Source of the DNA: Candidatus Multivorans sp.
GTDB taxonomy: Bacteria > Acidobacteriota > Thermoanaerobaculia > Multivoradales > Multivoraceae
Direction: 5' to 3'
NCBI GenBank assembly: GCA_965224025.1
Contig: OZ245033.1
Coordinates: 992,001-1,056,000, forward strand
Length of the DNA stretch: 64,000 bases
The notes beneath the pieces are model-generated. The model saw only the letters and a list, made by a program, of their open reading frames with translations, was not told the origin of the DNA and searched no databases. A program made the translations under genes and the position numbers. Positions 46,465 to 56,762 of the stretch are shown piece by piece; within the stretch, counting starts at the first letter, position 1; the number at the start of each line of letters is the position of its first letter.

Positions 46465-47603
46465 GACGCCGTTTCCGCGGCAGCCTCTACGACCGGCCAG
46501 GTGACCCGGAACGTGGCGCCGCGGCCCGGACCCTCGCTGCTCGCCTCGACCTCACCGCCTTCGAGCACGACGAAGCCGCGCACCAGGTAGAGGCCCAGGC
46601 CGCTGCCCTTCTTGTTGCGCCGCAACTCGCTGCCCGGCCGGTAGAACTTCTCGAACAGCCGGCGGCCTTCCGCGGGCTCGAAGCCGACTCCGTCGTCGAG
46701 AACCTGGAGTTCGATGGCCGAACCGAGCCGCCTGGCGGAGACCTCGACCCTGGCGCCGGCTGCCTGCGCCGACTCGATTGCGTTGCCGATCAGATTCCGC
46801 AGCACCGTACCAAGGCCCACCGGATCGGCCCGCAGGCCCAGACCGGGCTCGACCTGGACATCGATGTCGATCCCCTCGGTACCGGCCGCCCCGTGCCCGA
46901 GTTCGGCGAACGCCAGCGAGACGGCCTCCGACAGGTCGACCGGCGCCCGGCGCGGCACCGCCCGCCGTTCCTCCAGACGCGTGGTCTCCAGCAGGTTGCC
47001 CACCAGACGCTCAAGCCGACGCAGGTCCTCCAGGTTGCGCTCCAGCAACCCGCGGCGATCCGTCGCCGCCAGGTCGCGCAGCAGCAGGGTCTCGGTCGTA
47101 AGCCGCAGACTCGCCAGCGGACTCCGCAGCTCGTGCGACACCGCCGCCAGGAAGTTCTGCTGCCGGTTCAGGAGGTCCGCCTCCCGGCGCAGCACCCGCC
47201 ACAGCACCAGAATCCCCCCGCCCAGCACGAGCAGGAAGAACGCTCCTTCCCAGCGGTACTGGCTCAGATGACTGCGCCGCTCGATCTCGATCGCGTGCAG
47301 CGAATCCGGTCGGAGGCGCACGCCTTCGGCATCGATCAGAAGGTCCGGGTAGAAGGCCCGCAGTTCATCGAGCGACTGGCCGGCACGAAGCGCCGCCTCC
47401 GCCGCATCCCCGTCGACCTCAAGCCGGGCCACCCGATCGTCGGCGATGCGGTCCGCGATCCGCGCCTGGTCGACCAGCCACCAGACAACCTGCACCGCCG
47501 TGATCGCAAGCAGCAGCAGGAAGCCGACCTGGAGTCGCCGCACGCGGAGGCCCTCCGCCGACGAGGAAGCGCTCAGTCCGAACCAGGGGATTTGTTTCGG
47601 CAT
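46461..47603 (-). CDS. Sensor histidine kinase
   Basis: Two TM segments, VSHELRSPL, NLIGNA, DDGVG, GSGLGL. Confidence 0.95.
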   Translation of the reverse strand: MPKQIPWFGLSASSSAEGLRVRRLQVGFLLLLAITAVQVVWWLVDQARIADRIADDRVARLEVDGDAAEAALRAGQSLDELRAFYPDLLIDAEGVRLRPDSLHAIEIERRSHLSQYRWEGAFFLLVLGGGILVLWRVLRREADLLNRQQNFLAAVSHELRSPLASLRLTTETLLLRDLAATDRRGLLERNLEDLRRLERLVGNLLETTRLEERRAVPRRAPVDLSEAVSLAFAELGHGAAGTEGIDIDVQVEPGLGLRADPVGLGTVLRNLIGNAIESAQAAGARVEVSARRLGSAIELQVLDDGVGFEPAEGRRLFEKFYRPGSELRRNKKGSGLGLYLVRGFVVLEGGEVEASSEGPGRGATFRVTWPVVEAAAETAS

Positions 47604-47667
47604 CGGGTCCGTATTCTGCTACGAACGCTCTACCGCCGCGGATTGCTGCTGGTGCTAGGTTCCGCCG

Positions 47668-48531
47668 ATGCTCGAACCGGTTTCTGTCCAGCGCGTCCCG
47701 TCGACCGACGGAGTCGAACTCGCGGTCTACGACTACGGCGGCGACGGGCCGACCCTGCTTGCCGGCCATGCGACCGGGTTCCATGGACGGGTGTACGACC
47801 CCATGCTCGAGCAACTCGACGGCTTTCGCAGGATCAGCGTCGATCTGCGGGGCCACGGCGACGCGGCGGCCCCGGAGGGTCTGGACTACCGCTGGGAGAG
47901 CTGCGCCGACGATCTGCTGGCCGTAGTCGACACGCTCGAACTGGATGCCGAAGGACCGTTGTTCGGTTTCGGCCACTCGATGGGCGCGGCCGCCCTGCTG
48001 ATGGCTGAGCCGCGACGGCCGGGCCTCTTCGCCGGCCTGGTCTGCTACGAGCCCGTGATCTACCCGCCCGGCGTGACGGACGACGACGCGCGCCTCGGCG
48101 TCTGGGTCGAACGAACCAGGAACCGTCGCGGCCGCTTCGACTCTTTCGAGGCCGCAATCGCCAACTTCGCGTCGAAGATGCCCTACTCGCTGCTCGATCC
48201 GGCCGCGCTGGAGGTCTATGTCCGGCACGGCTTCGCCGACCGGCCCGACGGCACGGTAGAGATCAAGTGCCGGCCCGATGTGGAAGCCCGGCTCTACCTG
48301 ATGGGGCCCCACCACCGCGCCTGGGACACCCTGACCGAAGTGCGCTGCCCGGTCGCCCTGATGCGCGGCGCCGTGCTGATCCCCGGGCCCGCGTACTGGG
48401 CCGAGGCGATCGTGGGCGAAATGCCGAACGTCGACTTCCTGGAAGTCGAGGATCTCGGCCATCTCGGACCGCTGGAGAACCCGGCGTTGCTCGCGAAGTT
48501 GACCGCCGCGGCGCTGGCCCACGCCCGCTAG
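47668..48531 (+). CDS. Alpha/beta hydrolase
   Basis: HATGF, DLRGHG, GHSMG, GHLGPLE. Confidence 0.9.
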   Translation: MLEPVSVQRVPSTDGVELAVYDYGGDGPTLLAGHATGFHGRVYDPMLEQLDGFRRISVDLRGHGDAAAPEGLDYRWESCADDLLAVVDTLELDAEGPLFGFGHSMGAAALLMAEPRRPGLFAGLVCYEPVIYPPGVTDDDARLGVWVERTRNRRGRFDSFEAAIANFASKMPYSLLDPAALEVYVRHGFADRPDGTVEIKCRPDVEARLYLMGPHHRAWDTLTEVRCPVALMRGAVLIPGPAYWAEAIVGEMPNVDFLEVEDLGHLGPLENPALLAKLTAAALAHAR

Positions 48532-50924
48532 CGCTGCAGTAGCTCCCGCCCGCGCGCCAGCGCCTGCCGCTCCTCACCGGGTCGACCGAGCCGGTTCAGA
48601 ATGTCGGCGAGCACGAAGTAGCCGAGCGCGCCATCCTCGCCGACCGGCGCCAGCTCCAGGCCCCGGCGGGCGATCGCCTCCGCTTCGGTCAGGTCGAGCC
48701 CAACGTCCATCAGCGCCTTGGCCAGATGGAAGTGGCCGCGGGCGAAGTCCGGCGCCGCCTCGACCGCTTCCCGGTAGGCCTCGATCTGGTCGAGAGGCCT
48801 GTTCAGGCGGCCGTAGAGGCGGCCGAGATTGAAGCGCGGGCGATGGTCCCGCGGCCGGAGTTCAGCCGCCCGCCGGTACGTCTCCATCGCCTCGAACGGC
48901 TTCCCCGCCTCGTCGAGCAGGACCGCGAGGTTGTAGTGCGCGTCGCCGAGTTCAGGATTCGAGGCGAGAGCCTGCCGGAACTTCGCCTCCGCCTCACCGC
49001 TCCGGCCCATGAGCGCCATCACTTCGCCGAGCTTGTTCGTCACCACCGGCGGCGGCTCGCGACCTTCGACAGCGGCCGTGAGCACATCCTCGGCTTCGCT
49101 CAACTCGCCGCGCTCAACGTGGATGCGGGCCAGGGCCATCGTCGCCTTCGAGTCCTGGCCCGCGACCTCGAGCAGGCGCCGGTAGCCGACCATGGCCTCG
49201 TCGATGCGGCCCAACTCGTCGTAGGCGTTTGCCAGCCCGAGCAGGGACTGCCGGTGCTCGGGATCGAGCGCCAGCGCACGCTGGAAGTACGGAACCGCCG
49301 GCGCCGGATCGCCGGCAAGAAGGGTGATCGTGCCCAGGAGCTGGTGCGCGTCGAGCAGCCCGTCGTCCTCGGCGAGCGCGGCCCGCAGTTCTTCGGTCGC
49401 GGCCTCGTCGTCGCCGCTGCCGAAGGCGCTCTGCGCCCTCATGATCGCGCGGTGGAGATGCGCCTTCGTCTTGGCATCGGCGCGCGGCCCTTCCGCCTCC
49501 CGCCTTTCGGCTGTGCCGCGGCCGGCTAGATACCCGAGGGCCCGCAACTGCGCCAGGGCCCGCTCGTCCAGATCGGGCTCGGGCGTGGCATCCGGGGCCG
49601 CGCGGTCAAGTGCGGCGGCCAGTTCCAGCACCGCGGCCCTCAGTTCGCGGGAGGCGTCGCGCCGTTCGAGCAGCACGTTCGTCAGCTCGCCCGGATCCTC
49701 CAGCAGGGCGAAGAGCTCGGCGTCGGGCGTCTCGATGTACTTGTACTCGGACGTGCGCAGCGAACGAAGCGGCGCCCAGCCGTAGTGGTCGAGAGCGTAG
49801 AACGACTCGGCATACACACCGCGCGCGGCGTCCGGGTCCTCCAGCCCCTGCATCGACCGGAGCAGACTCCGGCCCTGCCCGGCGCCCGCCCCGGCGAGGC
49901 CCAGGAGCTCCGCCAACGTCGGGGCTATGTCGACGTGGCTCACCGCGTCGGTGACCGCCCGTCCGCCTTCCACCCCACCCGGCAGCCGCACGATCAGGGG
50001 CACGTGGACGGTGGAGTCGTAGACGAAGAAACCGTGGTAGCTCTCGCCGTGATCGCCCAGCCCCTCTCCGTGGTCCGCCGTCAGCAAGACGACCGCTTCG
50101 TCGAACAACCCACGCTGCTCGAGCGCGGCCCGGAAGTCGCCGATCAGCGCGTCGGTATACGCCACCTCCCCGTCGTAGGGCCGTCCCTCGTACTCGGTCC
50201 GAAACGGTTCTGGCGGCTCGTACGGGTCGTGCGGATCGAACAGGTGCAGCCACAGGAAGAGGGGCGGCGGCCCGGTCGGGTCGCCGGCAGCCTCGCCGTC
50301 GCCGGATGAGACCGCTCCGTCCAGCCACTCCAGGGCGTGCGTGATCGTCTCAGGCCCCGGGCGCTGGACCGAGCCCAGGTTGGCGCCGGCCATCGAGTCG
50401 AGGTCGAAGTCGTCGACGTAGGTGTCGAAGCCGCGGCCGATCCCCCAGCGCGCATCGAGCACGAAAGCGCTCACGAAACCGCCGGTGCGGTAGCCGGCGT
50501 CCCGGAAACGCTCCGCGAGAGTGGTCCGGTCCGCGCCCAACACGTAGCCGACGTTCTCGCGTACCCCGTGAGACGGCGGGTAGAGCCCCGTCATGATCGA
50601 ACTGTGGGCCGGCAACGTGAACGGCACCGTCGACGACGCGTTGGCGAAGCGAATGCCCTCGGCGGCCACGCGGTCGATGTGAGGCGTTGAGACCCGGTCG
50701 GAACCGTAGCTCGACAGCCGGTCGGCGCGCAGGGTGTCGATCGTGATCAGGATGACCGGCGGCCGCTCGGTCGAAGCTCCGGCAAGCAGGTGCTCGATGT
50801 CCGCCTGAACCGGTGGCGGCCCTGCAACTTCCGGCTCGGGACCGCAAGAGGCCAGCCCCAGCGCCAGCGCAGCCGGCAACAGAAACGGCCAGGCTCTACA
50901 GCCAGCGCCGGACGCGCTTCGCAT
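48528..50924 (-). CDS. Sulfatase-like hydrolase + TPR lipoprotein
   Basis: LASC lipobox, ITIDTLRAD, FTLPAHSSIMTG, HLFDPHDPY, TADHGE; C-terminal TPRs. Confidence 0.9.
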   Translation of the reverse strand: MRSASGAGCRAWPFLLPAALALGLASCGPEPEVAGPPPVQADIEHLLAGASTERPPVILITIDTLRADRLSSYGSDRVSTPHIDRVAAEGIRFANASSTVPFTLPAHSSIMTGLYPPSHGVRENVGYVLGADRTTLAERFRDAGYRTGGFVSAFVLDARWGIGRGFDTYVDDFDLDSMAGANLGSVQRPGPETITHALEWLDGAVSSGDGEAAGDPTGPPPLFLWLHLFDPHDPYEPPEPFRTEYEGRPYDGEVAYTDALIGDFRAALEQRGLFDEAVVLLTADHGEGLGDHGESYHGFFVYDSTVHVPLIVRLPGGVEGGRAVTDAVSHVDIAPTLAELLGLAGAGAGQGRSLLRSMQGLEDPDAARGVYAESFYALDHYGWAPLRSLRTSEYKYIETPDAELFALLEDPGELTNVLLERRDASRELRAAVLELAAALDRAAPDATPEPDLDERALAQLRALGYLAGRGTAERREAEGPRADAKTKAHLHRAIMRAQSAFGSGDDEAATEELRAALAEDDGLLDAHQLLGTITLLAGDPAPAVPYFQRALALDPEHRQSLLGLANAYDELGRIDEAMVGYRRLLEVAGQDSKATMALARIHVERGELSEAEDVLTAAVEGREPPPVVTNKLGEVMALMGRSGEAEAKFRQALASNPELGDAHYNLAVLLDEAGKPFEAMETYRRAAELRPRDHRPRFNLGRLYGRLNRPLDQIEAYREAVEAAPDFARGHFHLAKALMDVGLDLTEAEAIARRGLELAPVGEDGALGYFVLADILNRLGRPGEERQALARGRELLQR

Positions 50925-51381
50925 ACTCCCGGTACTCGTCGCCGAACTTGCCTTCCAGGTAGGCCTCCTCGCGCAGGATCACGCCCCACCGGAGCAGCAG
51001 CGCCGTGGCGACGGCAATGACCAGGAACCACCAACTGTCCCTGGCGAATCCGATGCCCACAAGCAGCAACGCCATGCCGGTGTATATCGGGTTCCGGGTC
51101 AGGCGGTAGGGGCCGCGCACGACCAGACGCGCCGTCAGAGTGTGGACCGGCAGCGAACCGCCCCCGCGCATCATCGCAAGACCGGCCCAGGTCATCAGCA
51201 CCAGACTGCCGAGGATCATGGCGACGCCCGCCACCTCGCCGAACCGCGAGAGACTGCCGGGCCACAGGGCAAGCGGCAGGAAGCGCGACAGCGCGAAGGA
51301 CAGAACCAGGCTGGCGACGATGAGCAGCGGCGGCTCGAAGACCGTCCGCGCCCGGTCCGTCTGGCCCTTTGCCGCCGCCAT
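50896..51381 (-). CDS. Isoprenylcysteine carboxylmethyltransferase family membrane protein
   Basis: LVVRGPYRLTRNPIY, REEAYLEGKFGDEY...VRRWL. Confidence 0.9.
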   Translation of the reverse strand: MAAAKGQTDRARTVFEPPLLIVASLVLSFALSRFLPLALWPGSLSRFGEVAGVAMILGSLVLMTWAGLAMMRGGGSLPVHTLTARLVVRGPYRLTRNPIYTGMALLLVGIGFARDSWWFLVIAVATALLLRWGVILREEAYLEGKFGDEYREYAKRVRRWL

Positions 51382-52307
51382 CAGGCCGCTCCGGCGTCCA
51401 CCCCGCGCAACGCTCCCAGCGCACGGATATGTTCCGGCCCCAGACCGCAGCAACCGCCGACGATCTGAACGCCGGCGTCAACCCAGCCGCGTGCCTCCTC
51501 GAGCAGGTCCGCCGGTTCGATCACTTCGACGAAGTTCCAGTGCGGCATCGTGAAGTAGCCCGACTCGGGATACACCCCGATCGGCCCCCGCCAGCGCTTC
51601 CGCACCATCGCCACCGCCTCCGGCACCGCGGCGATCTCGCTGTGCATCACGTGTACGATGCTCGGTTCCAGCGGAATCAACGTATCGAGCAACGCCTCGA
51701 ACGATTCGTTCGGCCAGTTGAACGGCGTGATGGCGCCCGTACCCGAGTCCTTCCGCGCGCTGACCCCAAGCCACACCGGCAGTCCGGTCTCCTTCGCCGC
51801 CTCGAAGGCGAGCGAAGCACGCTCCCGATCCTGCATCATCTCCAAAGCGATCACGTCCACGCCGGCTTCCGCCAGAAGCTCACACTGCTCCCGGTAGGCA
51901 GCGGTCTGTTCGTCGAGCGGCGCGTAGCCGCCCCGAATGTTGCTCGGCGGCATCGTCGACAGCGAACCGGCAACGAGCACTCCGGGGCATCCCGCCCGGT
52001 CACGCGCTTCGAGAGCCGCCTCCACCGCCCGTCGCACGATCACCCCGACCTGGTCGCCGAGACCCGCCGCTTCCAGCAGGGGCCGGTGGGTCGCGAACGT
52101 GTTCGTGATCACCGCGTCGGCGCCGCAACGGATGTATTCCTCGTGGAGGTCCCGGATCGCGTCTTTGTGATCGAGCGCCGCCGTCCCGCACCAGGCCGCC
52201 GAGTCCATCGGCACTCCGCGGCGCTCCAACTCCGTCCCGGTGCCCCCGTCCAGCAGCAGAACCTCGCCCCGGTCCAGGCACTCATGCCACTCCTCAACGA
52301 TCCCCAT
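51381..52307 (-). CDS. Homocysteine S-methyltransferase family protein
   Basis: LLDGGTGTELE, GADAVITNTF, IVGGCCGLGPEHI. Confidence 0.92.
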   Translation of the reverse strand: MGIVEEWHECLDRGEVLLLDGGTGTELERRGVPMDSAAWCGTAALDHKDAIRDLHEEYIRCGADAVITNTFATHRPLLEAAGLGDQVGVIVRRAVEAALEARDRAGCPGVLVAGSLSTMPPSNIRGGYAPLDEQTAAYREQCELLAEAGVDVIALEMMQDRERASLAFEAAKETGLPVWLGVSARKDSGTGAITPFNWPNESFEALLDTLIPLEPSIVHVMHSEIAAVPEAVAMVRKRWRGPIGVYPESGYFTMPHWNFVEVIEPADLLEEARGWVDAGVQIVGGCCGLGPEHIRALGALRGVDAGAA

Positions 52308-52474
52308 CTGCTCTCCCCTCGAAGCGTCACTCTGCCACACTGAGCCTTCGCGCCAGAAGGTCCGGGTTTCACCAACACCCGGGCCCGATGACTGGCGCAC
52401 GGAGCGGTTCGCGGATGGCATGGATCTCGCCACCCGGGTTCGATCGCCCCACGCCCGGCATCGATCAGTTCACG

Positions 52475-52950
52475 ATGTTGTTGAGGCACTACCTGGAGCA
52501 GGGAGTCTCGAAGGCAGAGCTGGCGAGGTGGTGCGCTGGAGGCCGCGGACCCCATTCTTCAGCAAGCCGACAGCGGCGCGGTGACCGCTTCCGAGGCGAT
52601 CGAGGAGCTGCTTTCCGCCCAGATCGTGCTCCGCAACAACCGGCGCCTGCAGACGGCGATGCGCTCCTCGCGCCTGCCGGCGGTCAAGACGCTCGAGCAG
52701 TTCGACTTCAGCTTCCAGCCGAGCATCAAGCGGGAGCAGATCGAGAGCCTCCACGGTCTTGACCTCGAACAAGGGCTTCGAGGAATGGGGCGGCGTGCTC
52801 GGCGACGAGATCATGGCCGCAGCCCTCATCGATCGCCTCCTGCACCACTGCCACATCGTCAACATCCAGGGCAACAGCTACAGGATCAGGGCGCACCAGA
52901 ACCTCCTTCGCCCCGCCCACGAAGAGCGTCACCAGGACGCCACGTCGTGA
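52475..52950 (+). mobile_element. IS21-family remnant (istA N-terminus fused to internally deleted istB)
   Basis: MLLRHYLEQGVSKAELAR; KTLEQFDFSFQPSI; LTSNKGFEEWG...ALIDRLLHH; Walker A region absent. Confidence 0.85.
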
Positions 52951-52976
52951 TCAGCCGCCGACCCCCTCGACTCGTC

Positions 52977-53129
52977 ATGGGCCGGCAGCACCACCAGGAG
53001 TTTCTCCGTTTCCTCAAGCGTCTCGACCGTGAGATCCCGAAGCATCTCGACCTGCGCCTGATCCTGGACAACTACCAGACCCACAAACACGCCGCCGTGC
53101 GCGCATGGCTGGAGCGAAAGCCTCGTTAG
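52977..53129 (+). mobile_element. IS630-family transposase fragment
   Basis: EFLRFLKRLD...LILDNYQTHKHAAVRAWL. Confidence 0.8.
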
Positions 53130-53940
53130 GAGGTTTTCGATCGCGCTCGGACGCGTGTCTTCGTCGAGGTGGTAGGACAAGGCGATGGTGCGAAGGCCCG
53201 CCATTCGCTCCCTTCCCCCCGCGCGGTTGAGCACCTCAGCGAGATGGGCCGACTTGGCAAATTGGAGGTCTCCGCGTTTCTGCGCCGCTTCCCAGTGCGG
53301 TCTGAGGTGCTGGATCGCCTGCGAAAAGACGTACTCCATGGAGTCATCCATGGGGCGGTCCACCGCGCACGCGACCACGGTGATTGATTCCGGCCGGGGA
53401 ATCGCGGCAGCCGCGGCAACGGCCTCCATCCGCACCTGCGCGTCGTCGTCTTCTACGCGCTTGGCGAGGAGCGCCAACGGATCATCGAGGCGACCGTGCC
53501 ATCGGCCCACGATGCGCGAAGCGAAGGCACGTCCCCCCGGCTCCTTCGCTTCCAACAACTTCTCCAGGACCGCCGGTGCGGGAACCTCGATGGCCGCGTA
53601 GGCGCCGACCGCTTCGTAGAAGTGGCGCTCGTACCCTGCGCCGTCCGGATCCAGGCTCGTGACCCACTTTCCGAGAGCGGCTGCGACCTTCTCCGAGTCG
53701 CGGCGTGTGAGCTCGCGCTTCGCCTGATAGCACGTCCAACGTTCGGGCCAACTGGTCCCAGGACGGGATCTCCAAGCCGAGCTTCTCCGCGATCGTTTCC
53801 GAGACGTGCTGTAGTGACTCCTCCTTGAGATGCATGCCGTTTTCCGTCAAGCCCGACTCTGCATCCGAAAAGAGGTCGGCGAAGAGGAGACCTCGCTCTG
53901 CAGCGATCTTCTTCGTTGCCAGGACATACTGTGCAAGAGA
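53126..53940 (-). pseudogene. Fragments of a large HEAT-repeat/SGNH-containing protein
   Basis: LTENGMHL (SGNH-like end) and DDDAQVRMEAVAAA (HEAT-like) in different frames; cut by ISs on both sides. Confidence 0.5.
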
Positions 53941-55220
53941 CCACTGCTGTCCCACAAACTTCAGGGCAACGCGAGTTGCAGTTGTGCGTTTTCGAGGCGC
54001 GGTGGATCGCGCTCGGGTTGTAGCAGGTCATTGAGCGTTCGTCGTTCGAAGAAATTGAGTTGTAGCAGGCGCAGGATTTCGCTAAGCCTCCACTTGAGGC
54101 GGTTCGAGAACTTCAGGTAGGCGAGGATCAGGTGGACGCACATGGCGATCCAGATCTGCGTCAGCACGGCGTTGCGGGAGGTGCCGAGAAAGCTCTTGAT
54201 GCGAAGGTTCTGCTTGATCCACTTGAAGAAGAGCTCGACCTGCCAACGGGCCTTGTAGATGTCCGCGATGGTCCTCGGCGCGAGCCGGAAGTTGTTGGTG
54301 AGGAACACGTAGTGCTTGCCCGTCTCGGGGTCGCGATAGCCGACCCGCCGCAGCAAGATCGGGCACTCCTTCCTGCCCTTCTTGCTCGTGAGCACGATGG
54401 TCTGGTCCGAGGTCACGCCGCGGCCGGGGGCGTACGAACGACGCTCCCGAACCGCGTACCGGACTCCCCGCTTGAGCCGCGTGACCAGAAAAACCCCTTG
54501 TGCGTCAAGGGATTTCAACCAGCCGAAGTCCTGGTAAAGACGGTCCGCAACGACAGTGCTCCCCTGCGGCAGCCGCAGCGTCTTCGCCACCTCGATGTCC
54601 GACGCCCTCCCGTCCGTCACGCTCACGAACGAGGGCAGGTTGCCGGCGTGGTCGAGGCCGACGTGGACCTTGATCGCCCCCTTGCTCTTGCTGTACTTCG
54701 CCCACGGGAACACCGCGAGGCACAGGTCGATGTGGGTGGCGTCCAGAGATACGAGCGGGTTCTTGAACCGGAAGCGGTGGCCGGGCGCCACGCGGCGGCA
54801 GCGGTCCAGAAGACGCTTGAACTGCAACTCGAAGAGCTCGTGAGGCTGCTCCTGGTTAACGCGCGCGAGCGAGGACCGCGCCACCCGTCCGACTCCGAGA
54901 TGGTAGAGCTTCTGTTTCTGGGCGTCCAGATTCGCCACCACATCCCGCAGGCTGCACCGCCCCGAGAGTTGCGCCATCGCCATGGCCACGAACTGACTCC
55001 ACCGACTCATGGAGCGGAGTTTCCTCCTTTCGTGGTGCCGCCGGGCGTCCTGCTCGAACTCATGTCTCGACGCCATCCCGAGCAACTGTCCGAGCACCGT
55101 GTTATGATGCGCCATGGGTCTGAATCCTCCTTGTGATCATTGGGCTCTTCGACCAGACCAATGATACAGCAAGGCACGGATTCGGACCCGTTTCTCAACC
55201 AGGTTGTGGGACAGCAGTGG
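53941..55220 (-). mobile_element. IS4-family insertion sequence
   Basis: 17-bp perfect terminal IRs CCACTGCTGTCCCACAA (53941-53957 and 55204-55220); no target duplication seen. Confidence 0.9.
53961..55115 (-). CDS. IS4-family transposase (DUF4372 + DDE)
   Basis: LDATHI, VADRLY, YKARWQVELFFKWIKQ (YREK signature). Confidence 0.93.
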   Translation of the reverse strand: MAHHNTVLGQLLGMASRHEFEQDARRHHERRKLRSMSRWSQFVAMAMAQLSGRCSLRDVVANLDAQKQKLYHLGVGRVARSSLARVNQEQPHELFELQFKRLLDRCRRVAPGHRFRFKNPLVSLDATHIDLCLAVFPWAKYSKSKGAIKVHVGLDHAGNLPSFVSVTDGRASDIEVAKTLRLPQGSTVVADRLYQDFGWLKSLDAQGVFLVTRLKRGVRYAVRERRSYAPGRGVTSDQTIVLTSKKGRKECPILLRRVGYRDPETGKHYVFLTNNFRLAPRTIADIYKARWQVELFFKWIKQNLRIKSFLGTSRNAVLTQIWIAMCVHLILAYLKFSNRLKWRLSEILRLLQLNFFERRTLNDLLQPERDPPRLENAQLQLALP

Positions 55221-55269
55221 GCTTACGCCGACCACGTTCGCGGCTCCGGCTGGCTCCGCTCCCTGATTC

Positions 55270-55359
55270 CTACAGATCTAGCACCAGACCCAGAACGAAG
55301 TCCAGCACAACCAGGACAATGAATCCGACGACCACCCCACCGACGATGAGCCAGAACAT
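55270..55359 (-). CDS. 29-aa hydrophobic small protein
   Basis: MFWLIVGGVVVGFIVLVVLDFVLGLVLDL*, starting 1 nt after the upstream stop. Confidence 0.4.
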   Translation of the reverse strand: MFWLIVGGVVVGFIVLVVLDFVLGLVLDL

Positions 55360-55360
55360 G

Positions 55361-55768
55361 TCACGGCAGATCCGTTATGTGAATGAACGGCCACGTCGCT
55401 CGGTACTCGGCGGCCCGCTCGTACAAGCGCCGGCAGAACTTGCTGTCCTCCGCCGCCATGTCCAGAAGCCGATCGTTGTTGAAGGCGACGCCGAGGTGCT
55501 CGTTCAGCGCACGCGCCCCGTCGCGGATCTTGGCCTCGTGCAGCATGTGGTTGTGGGTGTTGAGCTCAATCAACTTGCGGAGCCGCTCAACTTCAAGCTC
55601 CAGCGCCTCGACACGCAGATCGAGAACGGCGAGGGAACTGCCCTGGGCCGCTTCGGTAGCCGGCGCGGCCAACGTCCAGGTCCCGAGCACCCCCAGGACA
55701 GCCACCATGCAGTACAGTGGGATGGTGGCGGGGGAACGGGACGACAGCTTTGCGACGAGCAACTTCAT
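55361..55768 (-). CDS. Hypothetical exported/coiled-coil protein
   Basis: AAGGAG RBS, hydrophobic N-segment, LDLRVEALELEVERLRKL. Confidence 0.55.
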   Translation of the reverse strand: MKLLVAKLSSRSPATIPLYCMVAVLGVLGTWTLAAPATEAAQGSSLAVLDLRVEALELEVERLRKLIELNTHNHMLHEAKIRDGARALNEHLGVAFNNDRLLDMAAEDSKFCRRLYERAAEYRATWPFIHITDLP

Positions 55769-55949
55769 GAGAGCTCCTTGTGTAGATGTGGAACGGACCA
55801 CAGCATAAGGGACAACTGGAATCCGATTTGGTCGTTAGTTTGGCGGCCCGGCCCGGTCGGGGACGAGGCACACGGCGACCCGCTCGGCGCAGGTAGCGGT
55901 CGCTGGCGTCGTGGTCGGCGGCGTCGGCCGGGAACCGCCCCGGTCGGGT

Positions 55950-56080
55950 GGAGCGGGCGCGGTCGGGGCGCCCAGCCGTGTTCGTGGTTCAGCGCCCGCT
56001 CGAGCAGGCCGTAGGTCTTCTCCCAGCCGGGCGGCGCGATGTTGTGGCTCTTGCCCGTCTCAAGCTCCACCCGGGCGACC
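55950..56080 (-). pseudogene. MOBP (MbeA/ColE1-type) relaxase remnant
   Basis: RVELETGKSHNIAPPGWEKTY...LNHEHGW. Confidence 0.65.
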
Positions 56081-56088
56081 AGGTGGTG

Positions 56089-56354
56089 ATCACCTGGACC
56101 GCATCAGCGGTGCCGCGGTAGCGGTGCGCCCGCCGCGCGATCTGGTTCAGGTTGTTCCCGATGCGGGCAACCTGCCGGGTGCGCTCGCGCACCGCCGCGG
56201 AGTCCTCCGCGGTCCATGTGCGGGTACGGCGCATCGCCGCCCGCATCAACTGCGAGAGCGTCGTGCCGGCGCGCTCGGCCATGGCCCGCCACTCGTCCAG
56301 CTCGGCTGCGGTGTCACGGCGGTGCGCGATCGCTGTGCGGTGCGGCGTGGCCAT
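56089..56354 (-). pseudogene. mobC: Plasmid mobilisation relaxosome protein MobC, C-terminally truncated
   Basis: WRAMAERAGTTLSQLMR...VARIGNNLNQIAR. Confidence 0.8.
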
Positions 56355-56361
56355 GTCTGGA

Positions 56362-56445
56362 CGGGGGGTTCGAAGGGGGCCGCAGGCCCTCCCTCGCTAG
56401 CCCCACGGGCGAAGCGAGCGCAGCGCGTGGGGTCTGCTAGCTTCT
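56362..56445. other. Putative oriT
   Basis: GC-rich inverted repeats directly upstream of mobC, ending GCTAGCTT, laid out like ColE1 oriT (CTGG^CTTA). Confidence 0.45.
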
Positions 56446-56558
56446 GACCTCCGGCACCCGGCGGACGAGACACCCGGCTTCCGCCACCGCCGCTGCTAGT
56501 CTCCGTGCTCCAGCACCGCAGTGATGCTACCCTACGACGAAATGCGGGAGCCGAGGCG

Positions 56559-56762
56559 ATGAAGATACAAGTCGTCGTTCATGAGGCCGAAGAGGGCGGC
56601 TACTGGGCGGAAGTACCGTCCATACCGGGGTGCGCCACCCAGGGAGACTCCTTCGAGGAACTGCTGAACAACCTCTACGAAGCCGTCGAGGGCTGCCTCT
56701 CCGTGGAGACCGACGAAGTACCCGTCTCCGACACGGACCGGGTCATCGAAATCGCCGTGTGA
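56559..56762 (+). CDS. hicB: HicB-family antitoxin (short)
   Basis: EEGGYWAEVPSIPGCATQGDSFEELLNNLYEAV. Confidence 0.9.
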   Translation: MKIQVVVHEAEEGGYWAEVPSIPGCATQGDSFEELLNNLYEAVEGCLSVETDEVPVSDTDRVIEIAV

